Shown here in pieces: positions 12,891 through 28,200 of a stretch of DNA of 64,000 nt (position 1 is the first letter of the stretch; the number at the start of each line of letters is the position of its first letter). The position numbers and the translations under genes were made by a program. Source of the DNA: Marsupella aquatica (taxonomy: Eukaryota > Plantae > Marchantiophyta); the NCBI GenBank assembly GCA_973895155.1, contig OZ316899.1:6203241-6267240 (forward strand). Direction: 5' to 3'. The notes under the pieces were generated by a model, which ran no database searches, was not told the origin of the DNA, and saw only the letters and a program-made list of their open reading frames with translations.

Positions 12891-14901
12891 CTAAGCTATT
12901 TTGTCGTTTAGCAAGTCTTCCAATAAAAAATAGCCATGTGGGTCTACCCCTCAATAGAAAGTATAAAAGAGACACCGCCGACAAGATTCCGGCGTCATTC
13001 TTGCGAGTAGAGTTTTGGGAGTTGTCTTGGAGCAACATTTCAGTCATTTGAGCCACTGGTTTTCTCTGATTCCGAGAGGAATGCAAACCCCCATAGTGTC
13101 TCCGATAGCCATGTCTCAATCAGAAGATTCACCTTCAAGTTCAGTTGAATCATCTCCCAATGTTGTCACTCGATGTTTGCCAAGTTGCATCCTTAAAGCT
13201 CTTCCTCTCTTGCAGCAAATAGTGCCTGAAATTTTAGACTCTGATTCCGATTCTGATGGGAGTTCTGGTCCTGAGCCCAGTTCTTACTATGTGTCGCCTA
13301 GTAAACCTGAGAAACGTGGATAAAGGGTAAACTGTCGGAAATCAAAATAAGATTACCGATCGATCAGGTGGGTGGGTTCGGGGCTCGTATGCAACTCCCT
13401 GAGAGTTGTGGTAATGGTATTTTCTGTACCAATACATGTTATAAGAGGGGGCAAGCTTTCTTTGTTGCCCCAGGCCTCCTCGTTCAATTGAAGCTTTTTT
13501 GGGCGCGATTAATCGGATTAATCCCCAAAATACAAGCTCGTAGGGATCTTATTTGGTCGGGATCGCTGTTCGTGAAATCCGTTATAAATAACTACGGGCA
13601 TTCGTAACCATTCCATTCGGGGCAATGGGACAAATAATAATGGAAAAAAACGAGTCTTGCAAAAGGTTGGAAAGCATAATCCGTTTTTAACCAAAGCGGT
13701 TTGCTAGGGGCAAAACCACAACAAACACGGCTGATGATAAAATACCAGCCGGAGACACGTGGATTATCTCAGGCAACAGCCCGAGAATTGGCAAAATGAA
13801 AAACCAGTAAACATTCATTTTATATTACGTTTTACTCACGGGTTCCTGAGATCCGCGCGATGGGGGGCAGCTTGCGTTACCCCTGAGATTTAAGCGACGT
13901 ACAGCTTCAAACCGCTTGTATTGAAGCTTTTCTCGATGGTGCGTATGACGCGGCGTGGGTCTTTATTCCGTTGCTCGAACCAACCTCGGTCAACAAAATT
14001 TTTAGCCGGACCCTTATATCTAATTTCATATTGATTTTCTTTATTTTTTCATCCGCAAACGGAGCCATGAAATGGCTATAATCTCGAAAGATTCCTATCA
14101 ATAGATATTATCCGAAACTGGATCCTCAAGGATAAGATTGCTAGTAAAAAAGGAATCCGTGTCTTTATAATGGCAGTTTCCACCCCCAATGCAGGGATAC
14201 ATAGGAAGACGGGCGTGTGCCATTGTAGCCGCGGCGGCTATTTGAATAGCAACATTGGATTGGACACACTTTTTTTTTTAGTTGGGCCGGTGCTGCATCG
14301 TTTAAAATCTCCGACTGCCAATCAATCATAACTCGTCCATGTATGTGATTAGAAAATATTTTTTTTCTCGTCTGAGAGGTTTTTGAATTCCTGAGAATTC
14401 CAAAGGATTCAAAAGTTTACCCCGTATGTATGTTCGACTTACCGAAAAATTAGGAATTAGGGTTTAGGGTTTAGGGTTTAGGTTGTCTCTTGAGCGTTCC
14501 CATCGTCACAAACTGAGAAAATTTCAATCCCAGGTTTAGGTCAAAGACGCCGCTTCAAGCCATCCATCCCAAGTTATGGCAAGGGAATCCGGAGGCCGAT
14601 ACATGTATCAAACTTGGCATTCAAGTCACCAATTTTGGCTCACATTCAACGACGCATCTTTCAGTGTCTGGGTGAGGAAAGGGAAGCAGAAATAAAAAGA
14701 CCGATACGGCGATCGGTCTTTGCATTGCCTACAATGGACGCACAAGGATGCAAGGGAGTCGGATTGCAAAGTCCAGAGTCAAGCCTCTCCTGAATGGTTC
14801 TTGTTGCTCAACAAGTATTCAGTTTTCCTGCAACTTGCGGAGTCGGTGGGATGGCATGAGGGAATTGTTCACCGTTCCAAGGTGCAGAAGCTTCTGGAAG
14901 T

Positions 14902-17054
14902 TTGCCGACTGACCAATCAAGTCCACCTCCTGAACGGATTGGGATAGGTTCAAGGCTCCAGGTGTCGAGGAGAGGTCTTAGTGGTGTTTGTGTTATGTAT
15001 AGAGAGCCAAGGAGTCCAATTGTGTTTTCAGATGAGTCGAGTGGGTCAGAGGATGGAGAGGAGGAAGGAGATAGAGAATCCAATATTATAGCACAAGTTG
15101 TGTCTGAATGTTTAGAGGTAGATGGAGAAGAGAATAGTTTTAGTCACCTTTTCAGTGCCCCTCTAAATGCGTCAAGAAGATCTGCGGAGGATGGTAGCTC
15201 AACAGAGAGCGGTGCATCTATTCGCGAGCTCCCTAAAGTACCGGGTTATGACAACGACCTTACCGGATTTCAGGCTAGAGAGAAGTCAAATGAGCCTAGT
15301 AAAAAAGATAGAGACCAAATTACTAGGAAAGACAATGTGATAAATGATAAATTCAATAGAAACCAAATGAAAGAAATTTACAAGTATCCTTGTTGTGATA
15401 ATTTTTGTCTCGGGAATTTGGGTCTACAGGATGCGACGAAATAATGCACATATTACTATGGGCTATCCTACCAAGAGAAGAACGTACTTCTAAGAGGATG
15501 TGTGAAGGGTGGGCATGCCGGTGCGAGTGGTTACATAGTCAGCGGAAGATCATTTTGTCGGAGTGGTTTTAAGAAATTATTTTCCATTGGAAATAATCGT
15601 CTCCAAAAAATCACAAAAAATATGTTTTCTCATATACAAATTGATACCTTTTGTAGAGAGAAGTTGAGTGCACATCTTCGTCTTGTTCTGTAGTTGGATG
15701 AGTTTTTTACCACAAATGTCGAGAGTCTCCCCAACAAGGACATTTTTCATTTACCTGACAACTGGACAAAAACAGAAGTTTTTGATGCCTTTCAAATAGA
15801 AACGCTCATGCACCAAGAACAAGGTGTGACTTATTTGTGGTTTGTTCGCATTTGGAACAAAGAGTTTCCTCGCGTGTGCATCCCAAAAAGGAGCCGTTTT
15901 TCCACATGCGCCCCGTGTACTGAATTCAAAGCACTTCGTGACAAAGCAACACTCAAAGCAGAAAAGAGTAAGTTTCCATCCCGGGCGGTGAGTCCCAATA
16001 AATTTATCGGTGCTTGGATTCCAATGTGTTGTTTCAACTGTCTGAATACGTATCCCAATAATTGTATTGTTGTGAGGGTTGATCGTTCTGAATTTTATTT
16101 TTTTCGAATCACGTGTTTGAATACTTAACCCAATAAATTTATCGTTGTCTAAATTTATTAATTATTGTCTTGAAAGGAAAATTCTCAGTGTTGTTGAACG
16201 AGCATCGAAAGGCACAAGGAGTGGGGAGGGAGAAGTTGGCAAAGCACCGGAGCAAATGTTACAAGAGTCCTGATAAGTATTTGGGCATATGCATTGATGG
16301 CACGGATCAAAAGAAGACGGAGTTACCACGTTTCATTCAATGTCCAAAAAACATGGATGAGAAGTACTTCATCCTTGTGCACGTAGTGGGTTGTTTGATC
16401 TTCCACAAACCATTGAGTTTGAATGTTTTTTTGAAGTATCCAAATATTCACAATGATAGTAACCTGACCATACACGTGATTCAACATATTTTGAATACTT
16501 GGGAAGGTCAACTCCCTCCACTTTTGTACCTCCAACTTGATAACACTACTCGAGAAAACAAGAACAAATATCTTATGGCATACTTAAATATGTTGGTCGA
16601 GATAGGGGTTTTCCAAAAAATAAAGGTTGGTTTTTTGTTGGTCGGGCATACTCATGACCAGATTGCTCAGATGTTTAGCAAGTTCTCTTCAAAATTGAAC
16701 AAGCAAAAGGCTTTTTGGTTAGGAACCCTTTCCGCAATCATAGAGGAATCCTACAAACCTAAGGCAAAGATATTCTTTGTTGATGAGGTTGCCAATTTCA
16801 AAAAGTTTGTTACTGACAAGGATCAAGCAAATGACAAGAGTATGCACGGACAGGTTTTGCACCCTCTCCATGGGATAAGTGCTCAAAAACAATTTTGGAT
16901 TACAAGAGTTGTTGAGACGGACAGCACAGGGCGGGGCCATCTTCCATGCCAAACATCTTTCAACCACAGCAGGTTGGGGAGAGCTCATGGAGTTTGTGCG
17001 GTACATACCTGCATCTGGATTGTGGGTGGCACCACAAATGGCATTGAAGTCTAC
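14902..17054 (+). pseudogene. Sola1-like / DUF7869-type DDE transposase, N-terminal and catalytic part, interrupted by a CACTA insertion
   Basis: CC..C and CAPC Cys motifs, IDGTDQKKT, LYLQLDNTTRENKN, GFLLVGHTHDQIAQMFS. Has stops, a likely intron (~15970-16178) and a frameshift near 16930. Confidence 0.75.
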
Positions 17055-18158
17055 CACTAGTACAAAATAGGGTTCGAAAAGACTGCAACAAAGACTAAAA
17101 ACCCAGTCATTTTTACCAAGTAATGACTGGTCCAAAACAGTCTTTCCGGTCGAGTACTAACGGACATTTTAGTCACAGTCATTCGTGACAAATGACTAAA
17201 ACTACTTTGGTCATTTAAAGCGTTGCATAAATGACAGAAAGTCCATAATGACTACAAATCCAAAATGACTAGTTAGACGGCCGTCAGTCATTTAGAGACG
17301 TCTTAAATGACGCAACATTAACTAATAGTATCACAACACGTGGCAGCAAAATGCTCATCGATGTGACTATTTAACAAGTCATATAAGACAAGTCGTAAAT
17401 GATGTAAAATATAGAACAAATGAGAGTGCGCCACGTGGTGGATTGTGACCCTTTAAGTTAATGAATTTTAAGTCATTTCGGACATACGAAGTGACAAAAT
17501 GACATAAGAAATGACAGAATAACAGTGAATAACAATGGGCCACGTGCAGTCATTAGGATATCCGAAATGACAAGCCATTTGACCAAACGTTGGCAAATGC
17601 TAATTTGACACATGGAGTCATTTTAGACATATTTGAGTAACTATCTAAATGACAAAGACATAGATAAAGACAATATTACACGTGTAGTCATATGGGTAGT
17701 CAATTGTATTGTCATTTTGGTAGCCAATTATAATGTCATTTTGGTAGTCCATTGCAAGTGTCATTTAAGGTGTCATTTCGATAATACATCCAAGGCGTCA
17801 TAGAAGATATCATTTAGATTGTCACATTGGGTTTAGGGTTTAGGGACAAGAGACTGAAGAACAAGAGACTCACATCCAAAAATGCTTTCGCAACAATTTG
17901 AGAAGGTCCTCTGAACAACAATGTCAACTCTATGACCATGCCATCATACCAAGAGACTGTGCTACATTTCAGAATCATATGAATGAAATACAAAAATATT
18001 TACTATATATTGCCTTTAGTGGACAAGTACACAAAAAACACCTCAGTGTTCCGCAGAAGTCTATAACTCTGCAAATAACATAGATGAAGATGTTCTTTTC
18101 ATGTACACTTCAACAAAATTGAGACCAAAATTTCAAGAGAGCTGGCCTGATCTACAAT

Positions 18159-21100
18159 CTAATACTTTTGAAGGTATCTAGAATTCCATAAAGCATTCAT
18201 CCCTTTCACATCCCCTAAACATATTTGCTTCTCCTCTGCATTTGGAATTGGCAAAACCGCTTCAGGACAAAACACTTCCTTCACACTTACACGAATAAAA
18301 GGACTCTCAAACGAGGCACAATGAAACTGATCTTCTCCTGGCAGCCCTGTAACTTGAGCCAATGCAAGTACAGAGCGGTCCACAATGCTTCTTAACTCAA
18401 CAGCATCTCCTCGCATAAATTGTTAATGTCAACCACACTTCAATTAGTATTTACTGATATAAAACAAATAGAGAGACAACACAACTGAAACTTACTATGC
18501 CAAAAAAAATACAATTTCATTACCTTTGCCGTTGGGTTTGGAGAGACTACTGGTACACGATGTACACTAGGCGAGACAGGAACAGAACTTGATTTCTTGG
18601 ACTTCTTTGATTTCTTCAGTGGTGTTGCATGTTCCTTAGCCACTACATCTGTGGTTTCTTTCTCAACATCATCTTGCTCCTGCAGGACAGTAATTGGGTC
18701 TTCTCGTTGTTCTTGTACAAGAGATGGCTCTTTCATTGTTATCACGTCAACATTTGTTCCTTGCAAATCATGATTCTCTCCTGAAGAAATGGTCTTTGCT
18801 CCCTGCGATACAGGATTCTCTCCTGAAGAAGCTATGACAATCCAAAACAACCATTGCTTAGAAAAATTGAACTGTAAGAAGAGACCATATTCTGTGCAAG
18901 AGATTGGATTTTGTGCAAGTCTAAATGGGCCAAGTTATCAAGTACTTACCATGGCACTCACCAGAGAAAGTCAAAGACCGTTTTCTGCTACTGCCTTTTG
19001 GTTCAATAGCAACCTTACTACCACTTGGCAATGATGTAGGTACATCATTGGATTGGCTTCTCTGCCATTGTTGTTGATGCTGTACAATGAAGTTAGTCAT
19101 CAATGATGTCAAACTCTCCAAACTCTGCTCTGTTTTACATATTCGTTGTGGATTAACAGGAGCAATATCCCTTGAAAGTGGAGTCTGCATTCACAAACAG
19201 ACAAGTTAGTTTTGTGAGTCTGCTGGGAAACAACTAGAGTCCAACAATTTGATAGTACTGGGCACAAACTACCATAGTCCAACAACTTAGATATTCAGAC
19301 ATGAATGGGTTTAGGGTTACATACTGCTGATCCATGTGCTGATCCAGGTGCGGATCCAAGCCCAACAAAACTACCAGGTTGTTCGGCGCTTGCCACACAT
19401 GGGCTGACAACCACCTTTGGAGCTGAACAAACAGGAATAGGGGCCTTCACCTCTGTTATACCTGGACTTGCCCCTCTTTGCCGCTTCTGGAAAGAGACAA
19501 TCAAATACAATCCAAGATAAATGTCAATGAAAGCTAACATCATGGACTATTCTAGCAAACAGAATATGAGATTCTAGTGGACAACTGTAGCAAACAGTAA
19601 AATCATGGAATGTTCTTAGCAATCGTTTGGCTGCTGCATTAGCACCTCCCCTGCCAAAATGCTCCATGTTTACCACTTCTGCTCTCCTTGCCTTCATGAC
19701 AGCGCTCTTTGCAATCAATGCTGGACTTGTGAAATGATCCACTAGTCTTGCCCACTTCTGTGGATCCAAATATGAGGGTCCAGGTTTGGAACGATCAGCA
19801 CCACATACCTTCCTCCAATAAGTATGCAACTTGTGACGTTCTCGCTTCAGTAATGTACAACAGTGACTGCTAAATTTCTTGTCACTTATTTTTCCTCCAC
19901 CAATGTACTCCCAATCAGCATTCATCAATCCCCACACATCTTCAACGGTCTTTGGAGATTGTCGGTTCCAATCTGGCACGGAAATGTCAAAACATCTAAG
20001 CACAGCGGTACGCAGGTCTTCCATCCAGTACTGTTTATTTGGATGAGAATCGTCAATATCATTGTCAAAAACCTGCAAAAACCACCATGATCGATCAATT
20101 TCTACACATGAACAAGCACCACAGTTACTGTGTAAATAAAATTGTACACCTTGCCCTATACTATTTGTAGGCCACGAAAGGACAAAGCTCAACTGACAGT
20201 AGATTTGTGGAGTAATTCAAGTCTTACCGCTATTTCTTTGCCCTTCAGGTTTTGAGACTTCCTCAGTTGATAAGTAGCATCAAATTTCCTCTTGGCCTGC
20301 CTAGACTGCCTACGCTGCTGGGATGGATTGTTGGTGTTCTCTACATTGCAGCTTGCAAAATTAGATCTCATAATTGTGTAATACACAAAGAAAACTGAAC
20401 CTTCACCAGTCATGAATGACTTTGACATACCTGAATGTTGAGTAGAGCTCACTACTCCAGACTGTCCTGATTTTCCGAGGGATGCTGATGGAACCACTAA
20501 AAGTCACACCAACCACTCAGGTCATGAGTCTTATTGTTGACATAAATCAACATTATTTCACAGAATTTTGAAATTTTGAGGAAATAAAAAATCACAATGC
20601 ATTGGAAAGAGTTTAGGGTTTCTCACTTTGCCATAGCTCGCCAGTGGCAGGGTCTCTCCAACATTGCACCATTCCATTCATTGTAGGCCCTACCCTGCTG
20701 GGGGCAGGTTGTTTCTCTGCAAACTTATTCTGTGGTTCCTTTTGTACCTCCTGGCCAAGTAACACACAATGTCCTGTAACTTGATGACATTACTGTTCAA
20801 CATACATGTTAGTCCCTTCAAGGGTATTGAAATAAAACAAGATTACCTTGGACAAATTATCTGGCCCATCATCTGTTGTGTACTCAGCCTCAGTGTCGTA
20901 TTCTGATCCATAGCCCTCCTCACCAGACTCTTCCATGTTCACTGTCGCAAGCTTTGATAATCTAGAGCTCTGCCTTCTCTGTGTGGTTATCTGAGTTGTT
21001 GTAGATGCTCGATGTGCACGACTTCTCTTTTTGGGCCCTACCTGTGCTGCACTCTTTCTGACAAACCAAACATTAATAGATCAACACCATAAGAGAGAAC

Positions 21101-21300
21101 ATGTGTTCAGCATGGAAGAAACTGATTTGACATAAGAGCAAAGACTGTAATTCAATCCGATTGCAACAGGACAAGTTCATACACACATGAAAAGGCTTGG
21201 ACTGTCACCAAGTAGCTCTGCCAATTTCTTGTTGATTTTTGCTATGTTCCTATTCCGTTCCTCCTCATATGGAATGGTAGGCTGCATTCACAAACTGGAG
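18159..21300 (-). pseudogene. CACTA TnpA/PttA-like multi-exon gene
   Basis: Short exon-like ORFs separated by introns; core 19524-20192 (W..DLR..DW..LDPQKWARLVDHF..HFGRGG); last exon 18159-18416 ends LGDVKGMNALW. It lies downstream of the transposase on the same strand. Confidence 0.65.
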
Positions 21301-21373
21301 CATCCATGGATAAAACTTTAGTCTAAATTAGATAAACCAAACATACCCTGATTGTAACTAAGCTACAACCTGA

Positions 21374-24300
21374 TTACTTCTTTTTATACTTCCTTTTTCC
21401 TTTGTCGGTAGTACTTGGGCCAGGCTGCGATCTACTGGTACAGGCTTCTGCTAGCTGTATGTGATACTTGGCATTGTTTTCCATAGTATCATGGAAATCA
21501 ACTTCCATATATTCACCGGCCACCCTTGTAGACCTGGATTCTTTGTGGAGGACTGTCCTCCATGCAATCCCCTTCTCATTCGGGTAAAAGAACACTTGCT
21601 CTAACTGCCGTGGGAATACATAGTCCATTCTTTTGGAAGCACCAAGCTCCTTCTGAAAATTCACCTGCCAAAGGCCAGACTCTGAATACCTCATACTTGC
21701 AGAGGCTTTAGGAGTCCAAGATGGGTTTGCCCATCGCCCTTTGAAAAGGACCACTTCCTTTCTCAATCCCCCATAGTTTAGTACTAATATGTCTGTCAAC
21801 ACTCCCACATACTGCACCAACTCATCTATTGTTGCACCTGCTCTATTCACTCGCTTCTCAGTGAATGTAGAAGCCATCCCAGAATCAAATGTCTTGAACC
21901 CAGAAGAGTCACAGTCAATCAAAGAGCCAAGTGATGGAACGGTTCTCCAATGATGCCCGTAGGCTCTGCAGGCCTTATATTGCAACACCTTCAAACTAGG
22001 TGGTACACTGTACCCTATCAGCACAGATCTTTGAACCTCATCCTCAAAATGGTGGGACCTAATTGAAGCTTCAAACCATTCTGTGAAAGGAGGTAACTCT
22101 CTCAAATCAGAGGGATACTGTACAGGACGCTTTCAATTCCCTGGATTCTTCATCCATTCTTTCCTGATTTCTGCTCTGCGCTTGGTGATGGCCTCATTGG
22201 CATCATCATAAATCCTACATGCATGGCAACAATTACCAATGTCAACTTCTAGTCCCACACAAACAACAAAACATTTTAGACTATTGACTGTCAATTAATA
22301 ATGATAATCATAATCAACATGCCTCAATGGACCAAGCTCATACCTGTACCATGGTTTCACTTGCTCTTCATTCTCCAGTATGTAATGATGCATAGCTATC
22401 ATTTCACTCCATTGCATGGTTCTCTCTTTTGCAGCTCCTTCCAAGACAATGCCTGCAACACCAGGATCCTCCTCCAAGTCCCATGTTCTCTTTCCTGTCC
22501 CTTTAGCATCTATCATGTACTCAGAAAGGAATCCTATGGATTCATCTAGAATGTAGCCTTCAGCCATGGAAGCCTTTGGACGTGCCTTGTTTCGAACAAA
22601 ACCTTTCAAGGTCTTCAGATGTCTTTCTATTGGATACATCCATCTAATGTTCACTGGGCCACACAGGTCTAGTTCCTCCACTACATGAATCATCAAGTGG
22701 GTCATCACATCAAAGAAACTTGGTGGGAAGTGAATTTCCATAATGCAGAGTGTGAATGCAACATCCATCATCAGGTCATTGTACTGTGAAGGATCCCAAA
22801 CCTTGGCACAGATGTTACGCCACACATTGCTCACCCTAGCGATGGCCAAGCGAACACCTTCATCAAGTAATCCCATAGTTGCCAACGGGATAATTTGTTG
22901 CATGAGGTGATGGAAATCATGAGATTTCCACCCAGATAACTTCTTCTTGACTGTAACACACCTAGCTAGAGAACTAGCAAAACCAGTGGGCCCTTTGAAG
23001 GTCAACATACCTCCAAGAACTTTGTCTTCTCACTCTTACTCAAGCAATATGGGGTTGGTGGCATGACCTTAGGACCTTTTGGATCCTTATTCGGTACAAG
23101 CCACAGGTGTTCTCGCACTTGCAGGTCTTTCATGTCCTCTCGAACAGCAGGAGTATCCTTAGTTCCCAGGATAGTATGTACAATGTTGTGGGCAAGATTC
23201 TTCTCACAGTGCATTGGATCAAGACAATGGTTGATGAGAAGTTGCTGCATTAGACAGTACAATACAAAGTGAGTTAGAATCAAGAATGCAGAACTTTACT
23301 GCATAGGAGTACACAAACTAAGTGGATTGGACAATCAGGAACCAGATACTTACACTCCAGTAAGGCAACTTGTATAATCCAGTAGCCCTCTTCACTCCAT
23401 GCGTCTTTATTGGAGAATCATCATCATCAAATTTATTCCCTGCTTTCTTTTTCACATATGCAGTTGTCTCCTCTCCCCAACGTAGCCTGTCAGAGCTGGA
23501 CATTCTACATGGTGCAGGTTCTGCCTCAACCTCCCAATCAAAGTATTTTGCCACTTCTTGACTGCGAAAAGGATGCCTAGGTGGTAACCATCAACGATGG
23601 CCAGCAAACAATAACTTTTTCAAGTGTGAAGAACCTTGTGCCATGCATTTTGGCCCACAAACAACACATCCTCTATACCCTGCATGTTGTTGGCCAGAAA
23701 CTAAACCATATGCAAGGTAATCATTGATTGTCCACAATACTTTGCCCTTAGCTTGAATTGTTGAGGCAATCCAGGCCTTGGTAGAACATCAAAACAATCC
23801 ACTCCTTCTTTCCATAGTGTCACAAGCTCATCCACAACTGGAGCCATGTATATATCAAACTGCTCCTCAGTTACTGACTCAGTGCCCGGAATTAGAAGAG
23901 CCAGCATGACAAAGAATTTTTTTGTGGTAAGCCAAGGAGGGATATTATAATTCAGCAGCAAGATTGGCCAGGTAGACCAAGCAGTGGAATTATTCCCAAA
24001 TGGATTTACCCCATCAAGTGCCAATTCCATTCGGACATTCCTTGGCTCAGCAGCAAAACCAGGGTCGATCTCTATATCCACATGTTTCCATGCCTTTGAA
24101 TCTGCTGGATGCCGGACCATGTTGTCCTTGCTCTTGTTCTCATGATGCCAAGTCATGAGTTTAGAAGTCCCTTTCGTGGCATACAATCTCTTCAATCGAG
24201 GGATTATAGGGAAATATCTCAACACCTTCACAGGCTGTTTTGAATTCCCCACTAACTTCATCTTTGGCTGGCCACACTTGGAACAATTTTCCAAGTGCGC

Positions 24301-25200
24301 AGTGTCACCTCTAAATAACATACATCCATTTTCACATACTGGGATTCTCTCATAATCTAAACCTAGTTTCCGCGGTAATTGTTTCACAGCATATAGGTTC
24401 TTAGGGAGAGTGTGCTCTGTTGGCATTCCATGCTCAGTCAACAAAGACAACATGGCATTCACTCCCGTGTTTGAGAAACGATTGTTGTGACAAATGTTCA
24501 AGAACAACAACATAAAAGAAACTACATCTATCTCACTCCCTGGATATAAAGGTCGCATGGCCTCTTCTAAAGACCCTTGGACAGGCACGGGGTCTATTGG
24601 AGGTCCTGAGAGATTTGTGCCCTCATGATTGGCCTCAGTAGAGGCTGTATCTGCCTCATTCTGCTCATTCTAATCGTTTTGATCATTCTCATCATTCTGA
24701 AACATTGAGTCTAAATCAAAAGGAGCTACGTTATCCACAAATTCATCACTTTCTTCAGAAGCTCTAGCCATTGTCTCCTCAAGTAAAGCTCTGACCTGCT
24801 ATTCAACATCTATTGCAGGGTGGTCTGTGTGGGTTGCCTCAGGGCAATTTCCTGCCTTCAATGCCTTAGGGCAATTTCCTGCTTTCAATGCCTCAGGGCC
24901 ATAGTGGCGTATATAATCAATTCTCCACTCCTCATCAGAAGAGTCCTGACCCTCTCCTACCAAGACTCTACAAGCAGGGTAGCGACCATGCTTAACAAGA
25001 TGTTGTCAAGTAGTCTTTCGAGTGGTCTTATAATTCCCTTTGCATCGCATGCAAGGGCAATACATTCTATGATCAGCACTACCAGCACAGGCTCTCTGTT
25101 CTCGGGCCCATAAATTATCATCTCGACGTTGGATTCGACTCGGATTGAAGGAAGGCACAGTTGGATGGTGAACTGCCTCTGTTGTATGGCCAGTGTTGCG
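21374..25200 (-). pseudogene. CACTA TnpD-like transposase gene (Zn motif, Tnp2, DUF4218-like and DUF4216-like parts), intron-containing, with stops and a frameshift
   Basis: CPCMRCKG (~25060); 23701-24588 VLRYFPIIPRL..HPADSKAW..LALDGVNPF..NYNIPPW; 23002-23283 LDPMHCEKN; 22295-23008 KSHDFH..FPPSFFDVMTHL..RWMYPIER; 21374-22105 YVGVLTDI..VFPRQLEQVFF. Confidence 0.95.
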
Positions 25201-28200
25201 TGACCCAACCTAGCTAGAAGAAGCCATGATTGCAGCACTACCTAATCAAATACACAATTGCACTTCTTTCTTCTGTGTCATATTGCACAGCATATGAATT
25301 TGTTCTAGACCACTCCAAACCCTTCCATACTATCTTCTAGAGTATCATGTGAAGCAAATGTGTGCACAAGTGAAGGATACTGTACATACACTTGAGGTAG
25401 AGTACTCCAACTGACGTAAAGGCAGCCCCCACTTTAGCCTTCATTGACAATAGAATAGTACATGCATGCCAACAACAGGTAAACACTGAGCATATTAGAT
25501 TGGAAATCATTTACTTGGGTACACAACCTACTCCTCATAGAATATTGTAAGTGGTAATGGTTATTTGAAGGAGATTGGGAGAGAGGCAGAGCAATAAGCG
25601 GAATGCAGATGGAAATGCAAAGCAAGTGGCCAAGGGATGGCAGGAGAAAAGCAATCTATTATGTGAATGCGAACATTCCCGAATAATGAAGGGAAGCCAT
25701 GGCAAGACACAAGCCACTAAATCAATTCAAGGGAACCATCCACAGACTTGAGCAATGCACAGTAAAAATTTGACAGATGACCCATGCCACGGAAGCATAT
25801 GGATTGTTCCTCAAAATTAAATGAGACTATGAGAGGACATAAGTTCACGACCAGGAAAGACTCTCACCTTGCAGCAAGGAGATTCTCAAAGCTCACCCGC
25901 AGGTCCTTGTAGCTCCAATATCCACCTCAAATCAGAGAAACAATCTTTGATTTTGGAAAAGGAGTTTCTTGCACAACATTACACACAGTGAGCATAGTAT
26001 ATCTCCTACGAAGAGCACAATCAATTTCTTTCATATTGTCAAAGACTGTTACAATTTGTTGTTGTTCCTACAAATAATGAGAACCTGCGTATTGATCTTG
26101 ACGGACATCAATTCATTCAACTTCTTTAAATCTCACAAATATATTCCACCGATATATTTTGCTCTGCAGAATGGTTCTGAGCTCATAAAATGATGCACAG
26201 CACACCCTGGGCTGAGCCAAGAACAAAAGGTAAGATTAAATTAAGCTTCCAGCTTTGGGTTTTTCCACAACCTACAGTTAGCTACACAGTTAATTACTGT
26301 AGTGATCATTTCACGCTGATCAAGATATGTGGAAACACAAGATAGGAAGCATAGAACAAAACTGATGAAGCGAACGACAGTGATGGAGACAATACAGAAT
26401 TCATGAATTAAATCAGAATCGCCCTCCAAGGGAATTAGTGAGTTTGTAGCAACTTCGTTGAGGATTTTTGTAGAAAACGTCACCTTGGAATGAAGCACCA
26501 CCGCAACAAAAAGCGACCTGGAAGCAAAAGGCTATCTGTTGTCTCTTCTGACATGGTACCTTAATTTCAGTCAATCTACGCTAAAAGCTTGCATTTTATT
26601 TTCTTCAGGTAATATCATGACAATGAGAGCAAGGGACGTCTAATACCCCTCTCCCGACGCAATGAATGGCTTCAAAGTACAGGTTCATTGTATTGTATGG
26701 CATCTGGAGCCCAAATTCAAACAGGCCGAAACTCATTTTTGCCAAAACCTCTTCGAACCCAGGGCTGAGCCAGGAACATCCGAGAATGGAAAATCAATCT
26801 TATAGCAAGAAAAAAAAGATTGAGAGAGGCACGAACATGCATGGAAACCTATACAGACCAGAATGGAAACGCCCTTCAAACTGGGACTCTGCTCTTGGTT
26901 GATCGCTGTTGCTACTACTCCCCAGACATTGCCCTTCATTGAAACTGAAAACAAAATTTGACAGCATTGGGCAATGTAAGTGAAAATGACAGCATTAAAA
27001 AGCAACAGCAGTCTCAAGGATTGAGGTGGGGTTTCAGGTAGCGTTGGCACAAAAAAAAGTAAGTAGCAGATGCTAGGCCTAGTCATGGGGTAAAAATGTC
27101 ATTGCATATGGCATTCAGAAAGCTAGAAAAACAGATAGAGGGGTCCAAAAGCATTCATGAGCTAAGCGAGAGCTCTACATAGAATATTAGCAACAAATTG
27201 AATCACAGGAAGAACAGATTACAACACACATTGCAAGCAGTAGGATTTATATAGCATGGACAAAATACCTGGTTGCAGCCGCACTTAGCCCAATCCCCGA
27301 AGCAGTAGGTAGCCGATCCGTTCACACCCCTCCCTTGCAGCAGCGGGTCGCCCCTTCCTTGCAGGCAACTGCTAGCAGGTCCCTGATTGCAACTCACTTG
27401 TAGTAGGTGCTTGTAGTAGAGCTCGGCCACTCGCAGGACAATGTAGTCTTGGCCACCAAGCAGGATTAAGCTGAAGGCCACCAAGCAGGACTAAACTGAA
27501 GGCCACCAAGAAGCGAACTATATAGCAAAAGGAGAAGCCTTCCGGCCTCGGCGCAGCTCCTCTGTAGCAAGCTTGCACACCTCCCGATGAGTACAGCCCA
27601 AAACCAAGGTCGCCTAAACCTCAATCGACTAACCAAAATGCAGAGCCGAAAGCAGAGGGAACACAAAGGCAGGATGCAGTAGAGCGAAAGGAACGCAACA
27701 TAGAGATTTAACGACAGTTGCGAGAAGGCAAGGCCCGGATCAGGCAAACTCCATACACATGTCGTCGACTATGTTAACAAATGACGGGCATTGGAGGAAA
27801 ATGCCCGAAGAAAACCCAAGCCAAACGAGGGTCCTTTGCCAAAAAGCACAATGCATAGGCGCAATAGGAGACAAAATGTGATGGCAGGACAGCCGTTGAG
27901 AACCCTGAAACTCCTTCGCACTTGTTCACCATATGATGTAGCCTAGAGGTTGCAACTAAAGTCCCCAATACAATCCCGCACTCGTGAAAGACGTTGCTTG
28001 TGAGAATGTGGTAAGTGGAACTCTGCACACGACTCTACCTTGCAACGATAAACCCTTCATTTAAGACTACGCGCAAATGCCAGAAACCCTTGACATTCAA
28101 GATGCTCTGCCAATGTTCTTTGCAAAACGGAGTCCAATGTGAGTCGGGTGCTTGACAAGGTTCCCGCGACTAAAGGAAGACAGTGCCAGGGCATGAGGGG

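Noticed and set aside
13015-13323. Small Ser/Asp-rich ORF as a host gene
   Set aside because: Low complexity, no recognisable domain, and lies inside TE sequence.
13325-14422. PIF/Harbinger-like non-autonomous element with GGGTAAACT...AGTTTACCC ends
   Set aside because: Only a 9-bp inverted match and no matching TSD.
14457-14482. Chromosome end or fusion site
   Set aside because: Only ~3 telomere units embedded in TE sequence.
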